DNA of 52,116 nucleotides from Rikenellaceae bacterium (GTDB taxonomy: Bacteria > Bacteroidota > Bacteroidia > Bacteroidales > UBA932): NCBI GenBank assembly GCA_012800665.1, contig JAAZIW010000004.1, positions 1 through 52,116 of the forward strand. Reading direction: 5' to 3'. A program made the translations under genes and the position numbers. Of this stretch, positions 16,182 through 26,145 are shown one piece after another. Position 1 is the first letter of the stretch. Each line of letters opens with the position of its first letter. The notes below the pieces were generated by a model. It was given only the letters and a program-made list of their open reading frames with translations. It did no database searches and was not told the DNA's origin.

Positions 16182-17597
16182 ATGCCCAAGCAAGTCCTGG
16201 AAATAAAGCAAACGCAACGGCTTTCGCCTCTGCAGATACAGACAATCAAGCTGATTGAATTGCCTGTACAGGAACTTGAGCAAAAAATCCGCAGCGAATT
16301 GGAAGAGAATCCTGTGCTGGACGATGATCCCCATCCCGAGCGCGAATCTTCCGAAGACGAAGGTGCAAAAGATGTTTCCCTGGATGAAATCAAAGAGGAG
16401 GATGACACACCGCAATACCGCCTTCGTGTAAATAATTGGGGCAAAGACCCGCGTCCCGAATACAACACCTTCTCTGTCAAGGAAAGCTTCACCCAAAACC
16501 TCAGCAATCAGCTCGGCTATAAGAATTTGGATAAACGGGAAAGGCAGATAGGGGAATTCATCATAGGCAGCCTCGATTCTGACGGATACCTCCGCAGAGA
16601 TATAGAATCTCTTGTGGATGACCTTGCTTTCAGAGCCGGTCTTGAAACCACCGCAGAAGAGGTGGAAGAAGTGTTGGGGATAATCCAGGAGTTTGAGCCT
16701 GCGGGGGTGGGAGCGAGAGACCTGAGGGAATGCCTGCTGCTGCAACTGCGGACAAAAGAACAAAATGCCGATGTAAAATGTGCAATAAGGATTTTAGAGG
16801 AGATGTTCACGGAATTTTCCAACAGGCATTTCCAAAAAATCGTGTCAAGACTCGGTATAGATAAAGATCAGCTGAAGAGAGCCATCGCCAAAATCGTCCG
16901 TCTCAACCCCTCGCCGGGAGGACAGCTTGACGATTCCTATTCCGACCAGGCCCAGCAGATAGTGCCGGACTTCGTTCTTGTAATAGAAAACGGCGAATTG
17001 TCTTTCAAAATGCCCCGTTTCCGCATTCCGGAAATCCGCGTGAACAGCAAATATGCAAAACTCCTCAATACCGCCAAAGGGAGCAGCGACAAAGCGGAAA
17101 AAGAGGCGGCAAGCTTTGTGAAACAAAAAATCGATTCCGCAAAATGGTTTGTAGAAGCGCTCAAACAACGCCAGAACACTCTTCAAAAAACCATGCAGGC
17201 CATTCTCGAATACCAGCACGATTATTTCTTTGACGGAGATGAACGCAATCTCAGGCCCATGGTGCTTAAAGATATTGCCGAAATGACGGGCTTTGACATA
17301 AGCACCATATCCCGAGTTGTGAACAGCAAGTATATCGAAACCCACTTCGGCATCTTCCCTCTCAAATATTTCTTCTCTGAGGGAATGGAAAACAAAGAAG
17401 GCGAGGAGGTGTCCACCCGTGAGCTCAAAAAAGCCCTTCAGGAATGCGTGGATGCGGAAGATAAAAAGAAGCCGCTCACCGATGAGCAGCTTGTTGGGGA
17501 AATGAGCAAGCGGGGTTACAAGGTGGCGCGCCGCACCATAGCCAAATACCGCAGCCAGTTGGGCATTCCCCTCGCCCGCTGGCGCAAGCAGCTGTAA
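16182..17597 (+). CDS. rpoN: RNA polymerase sigma-54 factor
   Basis: Gln/Leu-rich region I, ELEENPVL, PAGVGARDLRECL, STISRV, RpoN box ARRTIAKYR. Confidence 0.97.
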   Translation: MPKQVLEIKQTQRLSPLQIQTIKLIELPVQELEQKIRSELEENPVLDDDPHPERESSEDEGAKDVSLDEIKEEDDTPQYRLRVNNWGKDPRPEYNTFSVKESFTQNLSNQLGYKNLDKRERQIGEFIIGSLDSDGYLRRDIESLVDDLAFRAGLETTAEEVEEVLGIIQEFEPAGVGARDLRECLLLQLRTKEQNADVKCAIRILEEMFTEFSNRHFQKIVSRLGIDKDQLKRAIAKIVRLNPSPGGQLDDSYSDQAQQIVPDFVLVIENGELSFKMPRFRIPEIRVNSKYAKLLNTAKGSSDKAEKEAASFVKQKIDSAKWFVEALKQRQNTLQKTMQAILEYQHDYFFDGDERNLRPMVLKDIAEMTGFDISTISRVVNSKYIETHFGIFPLKYFFSEGMENKEGEEVSTRELKKALQECVDAEDKKKPLTDEQLVGEMSKRGYKVARRTIAKYRSQLGIPLARWRKQL

Positions 17598-17671
17598 AAG
17601 TCAGCGCCTTCTGTAAAAGCGTCAGGAGCGATGCCCATTGAAAGAGCCTTCCGCAAGCAGCTGTAAAAGTC
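17583..17671 (+). repeat. 20-bp perfect direct repeat duplicating the rpoN 3' end
   Basis: CGCAAGCAGCTGTAAAAGTC at 17583-17602 and 17652-17671; partial CTGTAAAAG at 17611-17619. Confidence 0.9.
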
Positions 17672-18357
17672 TATCTGCTGTACGTCCTGTCTTCATTGAA
17701 AGAATAAAAACTGTCATCCGCCACAATTACGTGGTCGAGCAGGCTTACACTCAATTTATCGCAGGCCTTGCGCAATTTTTTTGTCATAAGCTGGTCGGAA
17801 TTGCTGGGACTGGGATTTCCCGAAGGGTGATTATGCACCAAAACCACGGCATAAGCCCTTCTGTCCAGCGCCCCTTTAAGTATATCCCTTGAATCAAAGG
17901 CGGTGGAGGTTCCTGTTCCGAGCGTAAGTCTCTCTTTATCAATCAAGTAGCAGGCAGTATTAAGATAAAGCGCCCAGCACTCCTCCTTGTCTATGCCTTT
18001 TAGATGAGGAAGCATTAATTCATATATCATCCGGGCGCTGATGAGCGGTTTTTTCTCCAAACCGGAATCCTCCATCATAAAGCGGCGGCCCAGCTCGGCG
18101 GCAGCCAGCACTGAGCATGCCTTACCCGGCCCTATTCCGGGAATCCCCGAAAGTTCGTGAACACTCATGGCAAACAGCCTTTTCAGCTGGCCTCCCACTC
18201 TGGCGAGCAGACTTTGAGCCATTTCCAGCACGCTCTCCCCTTTGCGCCCGCTTCTGAGCAGTACAGCCAATAATTCTCCATTGCTCAGGGCAAAAGCTCC
18301 GTGAGACAGCATTTTTTCGCGGGGACGTTCCCCTTCACTCAATTCGTGTATTGTCAT
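17671..18357 (-). CDS. radC: RadC family JAB-domain protein
   Basis: ERPREK, ELLAVLL, GIGPGKA HhH motif, HNHPSGNPSPSNSD, LLDHVIV; start MTIHEL at 18357. Confidence 0.94.
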   Translation of the reverse strand: MTIHELSEGERPREKMLSHGAFALSNGELLAVLLRSGRKGESVLEMAQSLLARVGGQLKRLFAMSVHELSGIPGIGPGKACSVLAAAELGRRFMMEDSGLEKKPLISARMIYELMLPHLKGIDKEECWALYLNTACYLIDKERLTLGTGTSTAFDSRDILKGALDRRAYAVVLVHNHPSGNPSPSNSDQLMTKKLRKACDKLSVSLLDHVIVADDSFYSFNEDRTYSR

Positions 18358-18426
18358 AGCGGGTGCAATATGGCTATATTCTTTTAGAAGCAATCCCATA
18401 AAACATTTAAATTGTTAATAACTTTG

Positions 18427-18478
18427 TGGAAAAATTTGGAAGACATTGGAAGAAAGTGGAAAAATTTGAGTATATTTG
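18427..18478 (+). promoter_or_regulatory. Putative MraZ operator (TGGAA x4 at 10-bp period) overlapping the dcw promoter (TATATTTG at 18471-18478)
   Basis: TGGAA at 18427, 18437, 18447, 18457 and TGAG at 18467, immediately upstream of mraZ. Confidence 0.8.
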
Positions 18479-18499
18479 CACCACTTGCGTATATGAATT

Positions 18500-18952
18500 A
18501 TGACCTCATTTATCGGCAAATACTCATCACGTCTCGACGAAAAGGGCAGATTGGTGTTCCCGGCACCGCTCAAGGGGCTTATGCCCCCTGGCGGAGACAT
18601 GAGGTTTGTAGTTAAAAAGGACATCTTCCGCAAATGTCTGGAAATGCTCAGCTATCAAGAGTGGACCTCCCAGACCGAAGCCATGAAGTCCCGACTCGAC
18701 TTCCTTAATCCAAAACACGTAAGTTTCTGGAGCTATTACACAAGCGGCAATTATGTGGTTGAGCCGGATTCAAAGCTCGGCCGCATAAGTATTCCCCGCG
18801 AACTCCTCGACTACATCGGTGCAACCAAAGAAGTGGTTTTCTCCGGCAATGTGTTCAAGATTGAGATTTGGGCAAAGGAAGAGTTCGAGCGCAGTCAAAT
18901 CTCTCACGAAGAATTCATAGCCATAGCGGAAAGCCTCTCTCAAAGTAAATAA
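18500..18952 (+). CDS. mraZ: Division/cell wall cluster transcriptional repressor MraZ
   Basis: Two DxxGR-type motifs (LDEKGR, DSKLGRISIP), IEIW; first gene of the dcw cluster. Confidence 0.92.
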   Translation: MTSFIGKYSSRLDEKGRLVFPAPLKGLMPPGGDMRFVVKKDIFRKCLEMLSYQEWTSQTEAMKSRLDFLNPKHVSFWSYYTSGNYVVEPDSKLGRISIPRELLDYIGATKEVVFSGNVFKIEIWAKEEFERSQISHEEFIAIAESLSQSK

Positions 18953-18961
18953 GAGAGGGCT

Positions 18962-19813
18962 ATGAGTGAATACCACAATCCTGTTCTGCTTAGCGAAAGC
19001 ATTGATTTTCTTATCGGCAACCCCTCGGGCACTTATGCCGATGTTACTTTCGGAGGCGGTGGCCATAGCGCAGAAATCCTCAAAAGACTCTCTCCTGACG
19101 GGCGTCTGCTTGGCTTTGACCGCGACATCGACGCCAAGGCAAATGCCCCTGCCGATAATCGCTTCAGCTTTATACACAACAACTTCAGATTTATACATAA
19201 TTACACCCTTCTGCTTGCTCCGGAAGGTTTGGACGGCATTCTTGCAGACTTGGGAGTGTCGTCGCATCAATTCGATACCGCACAAAGAGGCTTCTCTTTC
19301 CGATTCAGCGCAGCATTGGATATGCGAATGAATGCGCAGGGCTCGGTTACTGCAGCTGACATTGTCAATTCATATACGCAAGACGAGTTGGAAAAAATTC
19401 TCAGGTTATACGGTGAGGTTACAAATGCCCGCAATGTGGCGCAGCTTATAATATCTGCCCGCAAAAATGCGGCGCTCCTTACAACTGACGACCTGAACAA
19501 TGCCATTGCACCGGCCCTGCCATCTTTCGCAAAACATAAACTCCTCGCCAAAATCTATCAGGCTTTGAGAATAGAGGTGAACGGAGAGATGCGCTCATTG
19601 GAAAAATTCTTAGAGGGAGCGCTTGCCTCGCTTAAAAAGGGCGGAAGACTTGTTGTAATCAGTTATCATTCGCTCGAGGACAGAATGGTAAAACACTTTA
19701 TGAGGGAAAGGCTCAATCCTCTAACCCGCAAAGCGGTTTTTCCCTGCGAAACAGAAATAGAAACCAATACCCGCGCCCGAAGCGCAAAACTCAGGGCGGC
19801 AGAAAAAATATGA
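18962..19813 (+). CDS. rsmH: 16S rRNA m4C1402 methyltransferase RsmH
   Basis: HNPVLL, DVTFGGGGHS, DLGVSSHQFD, QALRIEVN, SYHSLEDR, RARSAKLR. Confidence 0.97.
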   Translation: MSEYHNPVLLSESIDFLIGNPSGTYADVTFGGGGHSAEILKRLSPDGRLLGFDRDIDAKANAPADNRFSFIHNNFRFIHNYTLLLAPEGLDGILADLGVSSHQFDTAQRGFSFRFSAALDMRMNAQGSVTAADIVNSYTQDELEKILRLYGEVTNARNVAQLIISARKNAALLTTDDLNNAIAPALPSFAKHKLLAKIYQALRIEVNGEMRSLEKFLEGALASLKKGGRLVVISYHSLEDRMVKHFMRERLNPLTRKAVFPCETEIETNTRARSAKLRAAEKI

Positions 19814-20175
19814 ACGAAAACACAAGCGCACGCAAATGGAAGTTCTCCGATATAGGAATTTTCCTGAAGAACAGCTTTCTGGCAATACTCCAGGGACGCT
19901 TCCTGCTGCGCCTGAAAATAGACAAGTACTTTGTACATATAGTATATGTGTTTTTTCTGATGGCCATGCTGATACTTATAAGTTTAGGGACCGAAAATTC
20001 CCTCAATAAAGTAGAGGAGAATAAAAAAACAATAAAAGAGCTGGAAATAATCTGCTCAGACAAAACCTTCGAGGTGGCGGACAAGAGCAGAAGAGCCACG
20101 GTGGAAGAAACATTGGAGATAATGGGCTCGGCTCTTAAAGAGCCTGCAAAGAGCGCAATCGTACTTAAGAAATGA
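19810..20175 (+). CDS. ftsL: FtsL-like cell division protein
   Basis: Single TM helix plus coiled coil; between rsmH and the PBP gene with ATGA overlaps. Confidence 0.75.
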   Translation: MNENTSARKWKFSDIGIFLKNSFLAILQGRFLLRLKIDKYFVHIVYVFFLMAMLILISLGTENSLNKVEENKKTIKELEIICSDKTFEVADKSRRATVEETLEIMGSALKEPAKSAIVLKK

Positions 20176-22259
20176 AGCAAAGAGATACCATAGCAAGCAT
20201 ATTGAGCGGACTGTATGTAGTGCTGCTCCTTGCCTCTCTGCTCATAATTGGCAAGTTGGTCTATATCCAATGGTTTTTCAAGCCTGATCCCGTCATGGAA
20301 ATTGCTATCACTCCTAAAAGGGTTTCCCGCAAATTGGAACCAATAAGGGGCAACATTATAGACTGTGAGGGGCGGCTTCTCGCCATGTCTTATCCGGTAT
20401 ATGATATTCATATGGACTGTACCGTGCGAAAAGAAGAATTTGCAAAGCTGGGTGACCGGAATGAAGCGCGCAAGTGTGAAGCGGAATGGCTTGGAAAAGC
20501 AAGGCGGATGTGCGACGGGCTTGCTGAAATCCTGCAGGGCAAATCGGGAGAACAATATTATTATATGATAAGGTCCGGCAGGTTGAGCGGCAAGAAATAT
20601 CTGCCGATTGCCCGCAAGGTGGATATGACCACCGTCAAAAAATTGCGGGAGCTGCCGCTCTTTAATGAGAGCCCTAATAAAGGAGGTCTTATAATCAGCC
20701 AGCATTATGTGCGCAAATATCCCTATGGCCGGCTTGCACGCAGGACAATAGGCTTCGTGCGCGATAATTCCTCAGATGTAGCCAACACCCACATAGGGCT
20801 CGAGGGAAAATTCGATGCGGTGCTGCATGGCACTGACGGCAGAGAGTGTCTTCGCAAAGCCGACTACGGCATTGTGCGCGACTTCGACAGCGCCTATGTA
20901 AAGGCTTTGGACGGCCGGGACCTTCGCACTACCATCAATATAGATCTGCAATATATTGCAGACAAGGCGCTCAGACGTCAAATCGACTCGCTGGAGGACA
21001 TAGAAGGCGCCTGCCTGGTTCTGATGGATGTAAAGAGCGGAGCAATACGTGCGATGGTGAATCTGCAGAGAGACCCTTCCCGCGAAAATTCTTTTGAAGA
21101 AATCACAAATCACGCCATAGGCCGCAAAGCTGAGCCCGGTTCGGTATTCAAAACCGTTACACTTCTCAGCTGTCTGGATGACGGCTATATAAAGAGTCTG
21201 GACGAAACAATGCCCACAAATCACGGATGGGTACAGGGTACGAGCTTAAAGCAAGATGTTCATATTGCCGACTGGGAACGTGATTATAAAACAAATGAGA
21301 TAAGCATTTACGATGGTTTTAAAATTTCCAGCAATTATGTTTTATCGAGTCTCGCAGTAAACAATTATAAAAAACGCACCCGTCATTTTATAGAAAAAAT
21401 CTATTCCTACGGATTGGGCGACAAATTTGATTTTGACCTGGAAGGCCTTGCAACACCTACCATCCCTAAAGTACCCAAGGGGCGCGAACTTAATGCCACC
21501 ACTCTCGGCAGCGTAGGATTCGGCTACTCCACCGAAGAAACTCCTCTGCATATACTTACCTTTTATAATGCCATTGCAGGCAAAGGAAAAATGATGAAAC
21601 CGTATTTAGTGGAAAGCATAGAAAGCAATGGGAGGATAGATGAAAAGCGCGGGCGGGGCATACTGAACGCAAGCATTTGCTCAAGAGCGGCCGCTGACAC
21701 GATAACCAGGGCCCTGAGAGCAGTAACAGAAGAGGGAACGGCAAGGCGTCTTAAAAATGCAAAATGTACCGTTGCAGGCAAAACCGGCACCTCCTTCGGT
21801 ACTTTCTCGAACGGAAAATATCAAGATGCCGATGGAAAGCGTAAATATCAAGGCATATTCGTTGGCTTCTTCCCCGCCGAAGACCCTCAATACAGCATAG
21901 TCTGCTGTGTATATTCCAAACCGACCAAAAATCAATACCAAGGCGGCGGCATACCTGCCGCGACTGTACGCGAGGTGGTGGATTACATGGTGGACACCCG
22001 GCCCTACTGGCAAGGGAGCCTGAAAAAGACAGCTTCCGTACCAAAGATGGCAGCCGGTTACGAACTCCCTGTCGATGATAGCGGAAGCAAGATAGAAGTT
22101 CCCTCCCTAAAAGGCTTGGGCCTCAAAGACGCCCTGTATTTAGCGGAAAACTCCGGCTTCGTCTGCGTTTACAGCGGCCACGGACATGTTTTCAGGCAAT
22201 CTCCCAATGCAAAAGAAACTGCAAGAAAAGGTTCAATAATAAGCATAGAATTAAGATGA
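20172..22259 (+). CDS. ftsI: Class B penicillin-binding protein (FtsI/PBP3) with C-terminal PASTA domain
   Basis: RGNIID, RKYPYG, GLEG, PGSVFK (SxxK), SSN, GKTGT. Confidence 0.93.
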   Translation: MKQRDTIASILSGLYVVLLLASLLIIGKLVYIQWFFKPDPVMEIAITPKRVSRKLEPIRGNIIDCEGRLLAMSYPVYDIHMDCTVRKEEFAKLGDRNEARKCEAEWLGKARRMCDGLAEILQGKSGEQYYYMIRSGRLSGKKYLPIARKVDMTTVKKLRELPLFNESPNKGGLIISQHYVRKYPYGRLARRTIGFVRDNSSDVANTHIGLEGKFDAVLHGTDGRECLRKADYGIVRDFDSAYVKALDGRDLRTTINIDLQYIADKALRRQIDSLEDIEGACLVLMDVKSGAIRAMVNLQRDPSRENSFEEITNHAIGRKAEPGSVFKTVTLLSCLDDGYIKSLDETMPTNHGWVQGTSLKQDVHIADWERDYKTNEISIYDGFKISSNYVLSSLAVNNYKKRTRHFIEKIYSYGLGDKFDFDLEGLATPTIPKVPKGRELNATTLGSVGFGYSTEETPLHILTFYNAIAGKGKMMKPYLVESIESNGRIDEKRGRGILNASICSRAAADTITRALRAVTEEGTARRLKNAKCTVAGKTGTSFGTFSNGKYQDADGKRKYQGIFVGFFPAEDPQYSIVCCVYSKPTKNQYQGGGIPAATVREVVDYMVDTRPYWQGSLKKTASVPKMAAGYELPVDDSGSKIEVPSLKGLGLKDALYLAENSGFVCVYSGHGHVFRQSPNAKETARKGSIISIELR

Positions 22260-23641
22260 TACTTGGCGACATTATACACGGCACGCAGGCGGTCATCCTG
22301 CACGGCAGGGCAGATACAACGATAAGCGGCATCTGCAGCGATTCGCGTAGAATAAAACGCGGAAACCTCTTCCTGGCAGTGAAAGGCTGCGACAGGGACG
22401 GACACGATTTTATTGAAGATGCCATTGCAAACGGTGCAGCGGCAGTTGCCTCCGTTTCGCGCAAAGACCTCGCCCTCTGCGCCGATAATTTCTACGGTCA
22501 TCCCAGCCGCAGGCTCTTTCTTGTGGGAATAACCGGCACCAATGGGAAAACCACAACTGCAACGCTTTTATATAATCTGTTCAGAGACTTAGGCTACGAA
22601 TGCGGCCTGCTGAGCACAATCGCCAATTATGTGGGTTCCAAGCGCAGCGAAACCGCCAATACCACCTCCGACCCCATCACCACAAATGCCCTTCTTGCCG
22701 AAATGGTAAGCGCCGGATGTCAGTATTGCTTTATGGAAGTGAGCAGCATAGGCCTTGAGCAGGAAAGAGTTGCGGGTTTGGAGTTTGCCGAAGCCATCTT
22801 CTCCAATCTCACCCACGACCATCTCGACTATCACAAGAGTTTTGCGGAATACCTCCGTTGCAAAAAGATGCTCTTCGATAATTTAGGGAAAGATGCATAC
22901 GCAATTATAAATATAGATGACAAGAACGGTCCTGTAATGGTGCAAAACACCAAAGCAAAAGTAATCACCTACTCTTGCAGGGCTGCGGCAGACCATAGTT
23001 GCAAGGTGCTGGAAGAAAACTTTGAGGGGATGCTCCTCAAAATCGACGGCACGGAAATCTGGACGAGATTAATCGGCCGTCACAATGCCTATAATCTGCT
23101 GGCCTGCTATACGGCCGCCTTAGCCTTAGGCATCCCGAAAGAAGAAGCGCTCCTGAGCCTGAGCAAACTCCAATCCGCCGCAGGCAGGTTAGAAGTGTTG
23201 AGAGGGCGCAGAGACCTTGCCGTTGTAATAGATTACGCCCACACTCCGGATGCCCTCGAAAATGTGCTGTCGACTCTTCGGGATGTGGACCCGAAACGCA
23301 CTCTCATTTGCCTTTTCGGATGCGGAGGCGACCGCGACCGCAGCAAACGGCCCGAAATGGCCGCAGTAGCCGAAAAGTTGGCTGACAAGGTGATTGTGAC
23401 TTCTGACAATCCCCGCACGGAAAACCCTGATGCCATAATAGACGAAATCATGACAGGCTTCGGGAGCGCCCGCAATGTAGTTCGCATTACAAAACGTGAC
23501 GAGGCCATAAAGGCGGCAATCAACTTCGCCCCCGACTCCTCCACCATCCTTTTAGCAGGCAAAGGGCACGAAAATTATCAGATTATAGGAAGAACCAAAT
23601 ATCCTTTTGATGAACGCGAAATAGTGAATAAAGAATTATGA
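22256..23641 (+). CDS. murE: UDP-MurNAc-dipeptide:meso-DAP ligase MurE
   Basis: GITGTNGKTT, MEVSS, HDHLDYH, DYAHTPDA, GCGGDRD, DNPR (DAP-type), AGKGHE. Confidence 0.96.
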   Translation: MILGDIIHGTQAVILHGRADTTISGICSDSRRIKRGNLFLAVKGCDRDGHDFIEDAIANGAAAVASVSRKDLALCADNFYGHPSRRLFLVGITGTNGKTTTATLLYNLFRDLGYECGLLSTIANYVGSKRSETANTTSDPITTNALLAEMVSAGCQYCFMEVSSIGLEQERVAGLEFAEAIFSNLTHDHLDYHKSFAEYLRCKKMLFDNLGKDAYAIINIDDKNGPVMVQNTKAKVITYSCRAAADHSCKVLEENFEGMLLKIDGTEIWTRLIGRHNAYNLLACYTAALALGIPKEEALLSLSKLQSAAGRLEVLRGRRDLAVVIDYAHTPDALENVLSTLRDVDPKRTLICLFGCGGDRDRSKRPEMAAVAEKLADKVIVTSDNPRTENPDAIIDEIMTGFGSARNVVRITKRDEAIKAAINFAPDSSTILLAGKGHENYQIIGRTKYPFDEREIVNKEL

Positions 23642-24798
23642 TTTACCATCTTTTCAATTATCTAAAAGAATGCGACATACCCGGACAGGGCCTAATGGGG
23701 TATCTGTCTTTCAGGGCTATCCTTGCTATCGTAATCAGCATGCTGATTGCCTTTTTCGCAGGAGGAAAAATAATAAGGCGTCTGCAAAAAGCCCAAATCG
23801 GAGAAAGCATACGCGACCTCGGCTTGGAGGGGCAGATGCAAAAAAAAGGCACCCCCACTATGGGCGGAGTGATTATAATTCTTTCTTTGATGGTGAGCGT
23901 GCTTTTGGTTTGCGACTTAAGCAATATCTACGTGCAGCTGCTTATACTCACCACTCTCTGGTGCGGAGGAATCGGCTTTATCGACGACTATATCAAAGTT
24001 TTCAAGGGCAAAAAAGAAGGAATGAGCGCAAAAATCAAGCTCATACTCCAATTCATGCTGGCGCTCGGCATAGCCCTCATTTTCTGCTTCTCTGAAAAAA
24101 TCTGGGGGGACGGTCCAAAGCAGCTCATTACGACCATACCCTTCATAAAAGAAAACGAATTCGACTATTCATGGCTGTCCCCCTTCCGCGGACAGCTGGG
24201 AATGTATTTTTCGTGGGGGATGTATGTAATAATGATAATATTGGTAATTCTGGCATGCTCCAACGGCACCAACCTTACCGACGGCCTTGACGGGCTTTCT
24301 TCGGGCACGTCTGCCATTGTAGGTGTCGCACTCGGCGTGCTGGCATACTTGGGCGGCAATATAATCAATGCCAATTACCTCAACATAATGTATCTGCCGG
24401 GCACAGGCGAAATAGCGGTATTCATGGCGGCCTTTGTGGGCGCACTGATAGGATTCCTATGGTACAATACCTATCCCGCTCAAGTATTTATGGGAGATAC
24501 CGGCAGTCTGATGATAGGCGGCGTGATCGGGGTATGTGCTGTACTTATCCGAAAAGAACTGCTCCTGCCCCTTCTCTGCGGCATTTTCCTTATGGAAAGC
24601 GTGAGCGTTATTATTCAGAAGACTTGGTTCCGCTATACCAAAAAGAAATACGGGGAGGGACGGAGAGTCTTCCTTATGGCACCCCTGCACCATCACTATC
24701 AGAAGAAGGGCATGCCCGAACCGCGCATTGTAGTCCGCTTCTGGATTATAGGTATCATATTGGCCGTAAGCACTTTGGCCTTGTTAAAGATAAGATAG
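23638..24798 (+). CDS. mraY: Phospho-N-acetylmuramoyl-pentapeptide transferase
   Basis: KKGTPTMGG, GFIDDY, NLTDGLDGL, FMGDTGS, MAPLHHH. Confidence 0.97.
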   Translation: MIYHLFNYLKECDIPGQGLMGYLSFRAILAIVISMLIAFFAGGKIIRRLQKAQIGESIRDLGLEGQMQKKGTPTMGGVIIILSLMVSVLLVCDLSNIYVQLLILTTLWCGGIGFIDDYIKVFKGKKEGMSAKIKLILQFMLALGIALIFCFSEKIWGDGPKQLITTIPFIKENEFDYSWLSPFRGQLGMYFSWGMYVIMIILVILACSNGTNLTDGLDGLSSGTSAIVGVALGVLAYLGGNIINANYLNIMYLPGTGEIAVFMAAFVGALIGFLWYNTYPAQVFMGDTGSLMIGGVIGVCAVLIRKELLLPLLCGIFLMESVSVIIQKTWFRYTKKKYGEGRRVFLMAPLHHHYQKKGMPEPRIVVRFWIIGIILAVSTLALLKIR

Positions 24799-24800
24799 AT

Positions 24801-26141
24801 ATGGCAGATTTAGTTGTTTTAGGAGGAGCTGAGAGCGGAGTAGGCGCCGCCGTGCTCGCAAAAGTAAAAGGATTGGAGGTTTTTCTCTCCGACAATGGAG
24901 AGATAAAGCCGGAATATGTGCAGATGCTCGAAAAGTGGAAAATCCCTTATGAGCAGGGAGGCCACAGCCTCGAAAAGATATTGGATGCCAAAGAGATAGT
25001 AAAGAGCCCCGGCATCCCCGAAACGGCACCCGTAGTGCGCAAATTAATTGAACAGGGAAGCCATATCATATCCGAAATAGAATTTGCAGCGCGCTACGAC
25101 AATGCAAAGAAAATTTGCATAACAGGCTCCAACGGCAAAACCACCACTGCAAGCCTTATTTATTATCTGCTCCGGAATGCAGGCCTGAATGTAGGCCTCG
25201 GGGGCAATATAGGCAAAAGCTACGCATTGCAGGTCGCAACCGAACAGTACGATTATTACGTGCTGGAAATCAGCTCTTTCCAATTGGATGGCTGCTACGA
25301 TTTCCGGCCCGACATAGCAATTATCACCAATATCAGCCCGGACCATTTGGATCGCTACAATTATAAATTGGAGAATTATGTAAGGTCAAAATTCCGAATC
25401 ACGCAAAAACTCAGGCCCGAAGACTGTTTCATTTTCGACAGCGATGATGCCATTACCATCGCACACCTCGACAAAATCGTGCTGAAAGCAAAGATGCTGC
25501 CTTTCAGCCAGCAGAAAGAGGTGGAGGAGGGGGCTTTCCTTCGCGATGATAAAATCGTGGTGCGCTACCGGCAGAGCGAAAGTGAAATTTACCTGAAGGA
25601 GCTCGCTCTCGGAGGAAAGCACAATATCTACAATTCCATGGCGGCTGCTCTTGCAGCCAAAGCGACCGGCATCGATAATTCGCTCATACGCGAGAGCCTG
25701 CGCAGTTTCAAAACCATAGAGCATAGGCTTGAGCCCGTGCTGAGTGTAGGCGGAGTAATGTATATAAACGACTCCAAAGCCACCAATACGGATGCGGCCT
25801 GGTATGCCCTCGATGCGCAGACCAAACCCGTGGTTTGGATAATGGGAGGCACCGATAAGGGAAATGACTACACCCAGCTCTTTGAGCTTGTGAAAGAAAA
25901 GGTAAAGGCGATAGTATGTTTGGGAGTGGACAACAAAAAGATACACGAAGCCTTCGAGCCCATATTGGGAAAAGATAAAATGGCGGAAGCACTCTCTGCC
26001 GAGGAGGCGGTAAAGAAAAGCGCAAGCTTTGCGGAAAGCGGAGATGTGGTGCTGCTGAGTCCTTGCTGCGCCAGCTTCGACCTCTTCCAAAACTACGAAG
26101 AACGCGGCAACAAATTCAAAGAGGCCGTACGCAAATTATAA
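24801..26141 (+). CDS. murD: UDP-MurNAc-L-Ala:D-Glu ligase MurD
   Basis: Start MADLVVLGGAESG at 24801; ITGSNGKTT, SSFQL, NDSKATN, LLSPCCASFD. Confidence 0.96.
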   Translation: MADLVVLGGAESGVGAAVLAKVKGLEVFLSDNGEIKPEYVQMLEKWKIPYEQGGHSLEKILDAKEIVKSPGIPETAPVVRKLIEQGSHIISEIEFAARYDNAKKICITGSNGKTTTASLIYYLLRNAGLNVGLGGNIGKSYALQVATEQYDYYVLEISSFQLDGCYDFRPDIAIITNISPDHLDRYNYKLENYVRSKFRITQKLRPEDCFIFDSDDAITIAHLDKIVLKAKMLPFSQQKEVEEGAFLRDDKIVVRYRQSESEIYLKELALGGKHNIYNSMAAALAAKATGIDNSLIRESLRSFKTIEHRLEPVLSVGGVMYINDSKATNTDAAWYALDAQTKPVVWIMGGTDKGNDYTQLFELVKEKVKAIVCLGVDNKKIHEAFEPILGKDKMAEALSAEEAVKKSASFAESGDVVLLSPCCASFDLFQNYEERGNKFKEAVRKL

Positions 26142-26145
26142 GATT

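Noticed and set aside
17583-17671. Direct repeats here and at 52037-52085 as mini-CRISPR arrays
   Set aside because: Repeats are too short and too few, one overlaps a coding end, the other has no spacers, and no cas genes are present.
17671-18357. radC as a marker of a mobile element
   Set aside because: It is the full-length chromosomal form with the N-terminal HhH region; no integrase or other mobile genes lie nearby.
22256-24798. murF, ddl and murB missing from the dcw cluster
   Set aside because: This is the normal Bacteroidota arrangement.
24459-24800. N-terminal extension of MurD overlapping mraY
   Set aside because: MurD homology begins at the ATG at 24801; the upstream part is an alternative frame of mraY with no frameshift signal seen.
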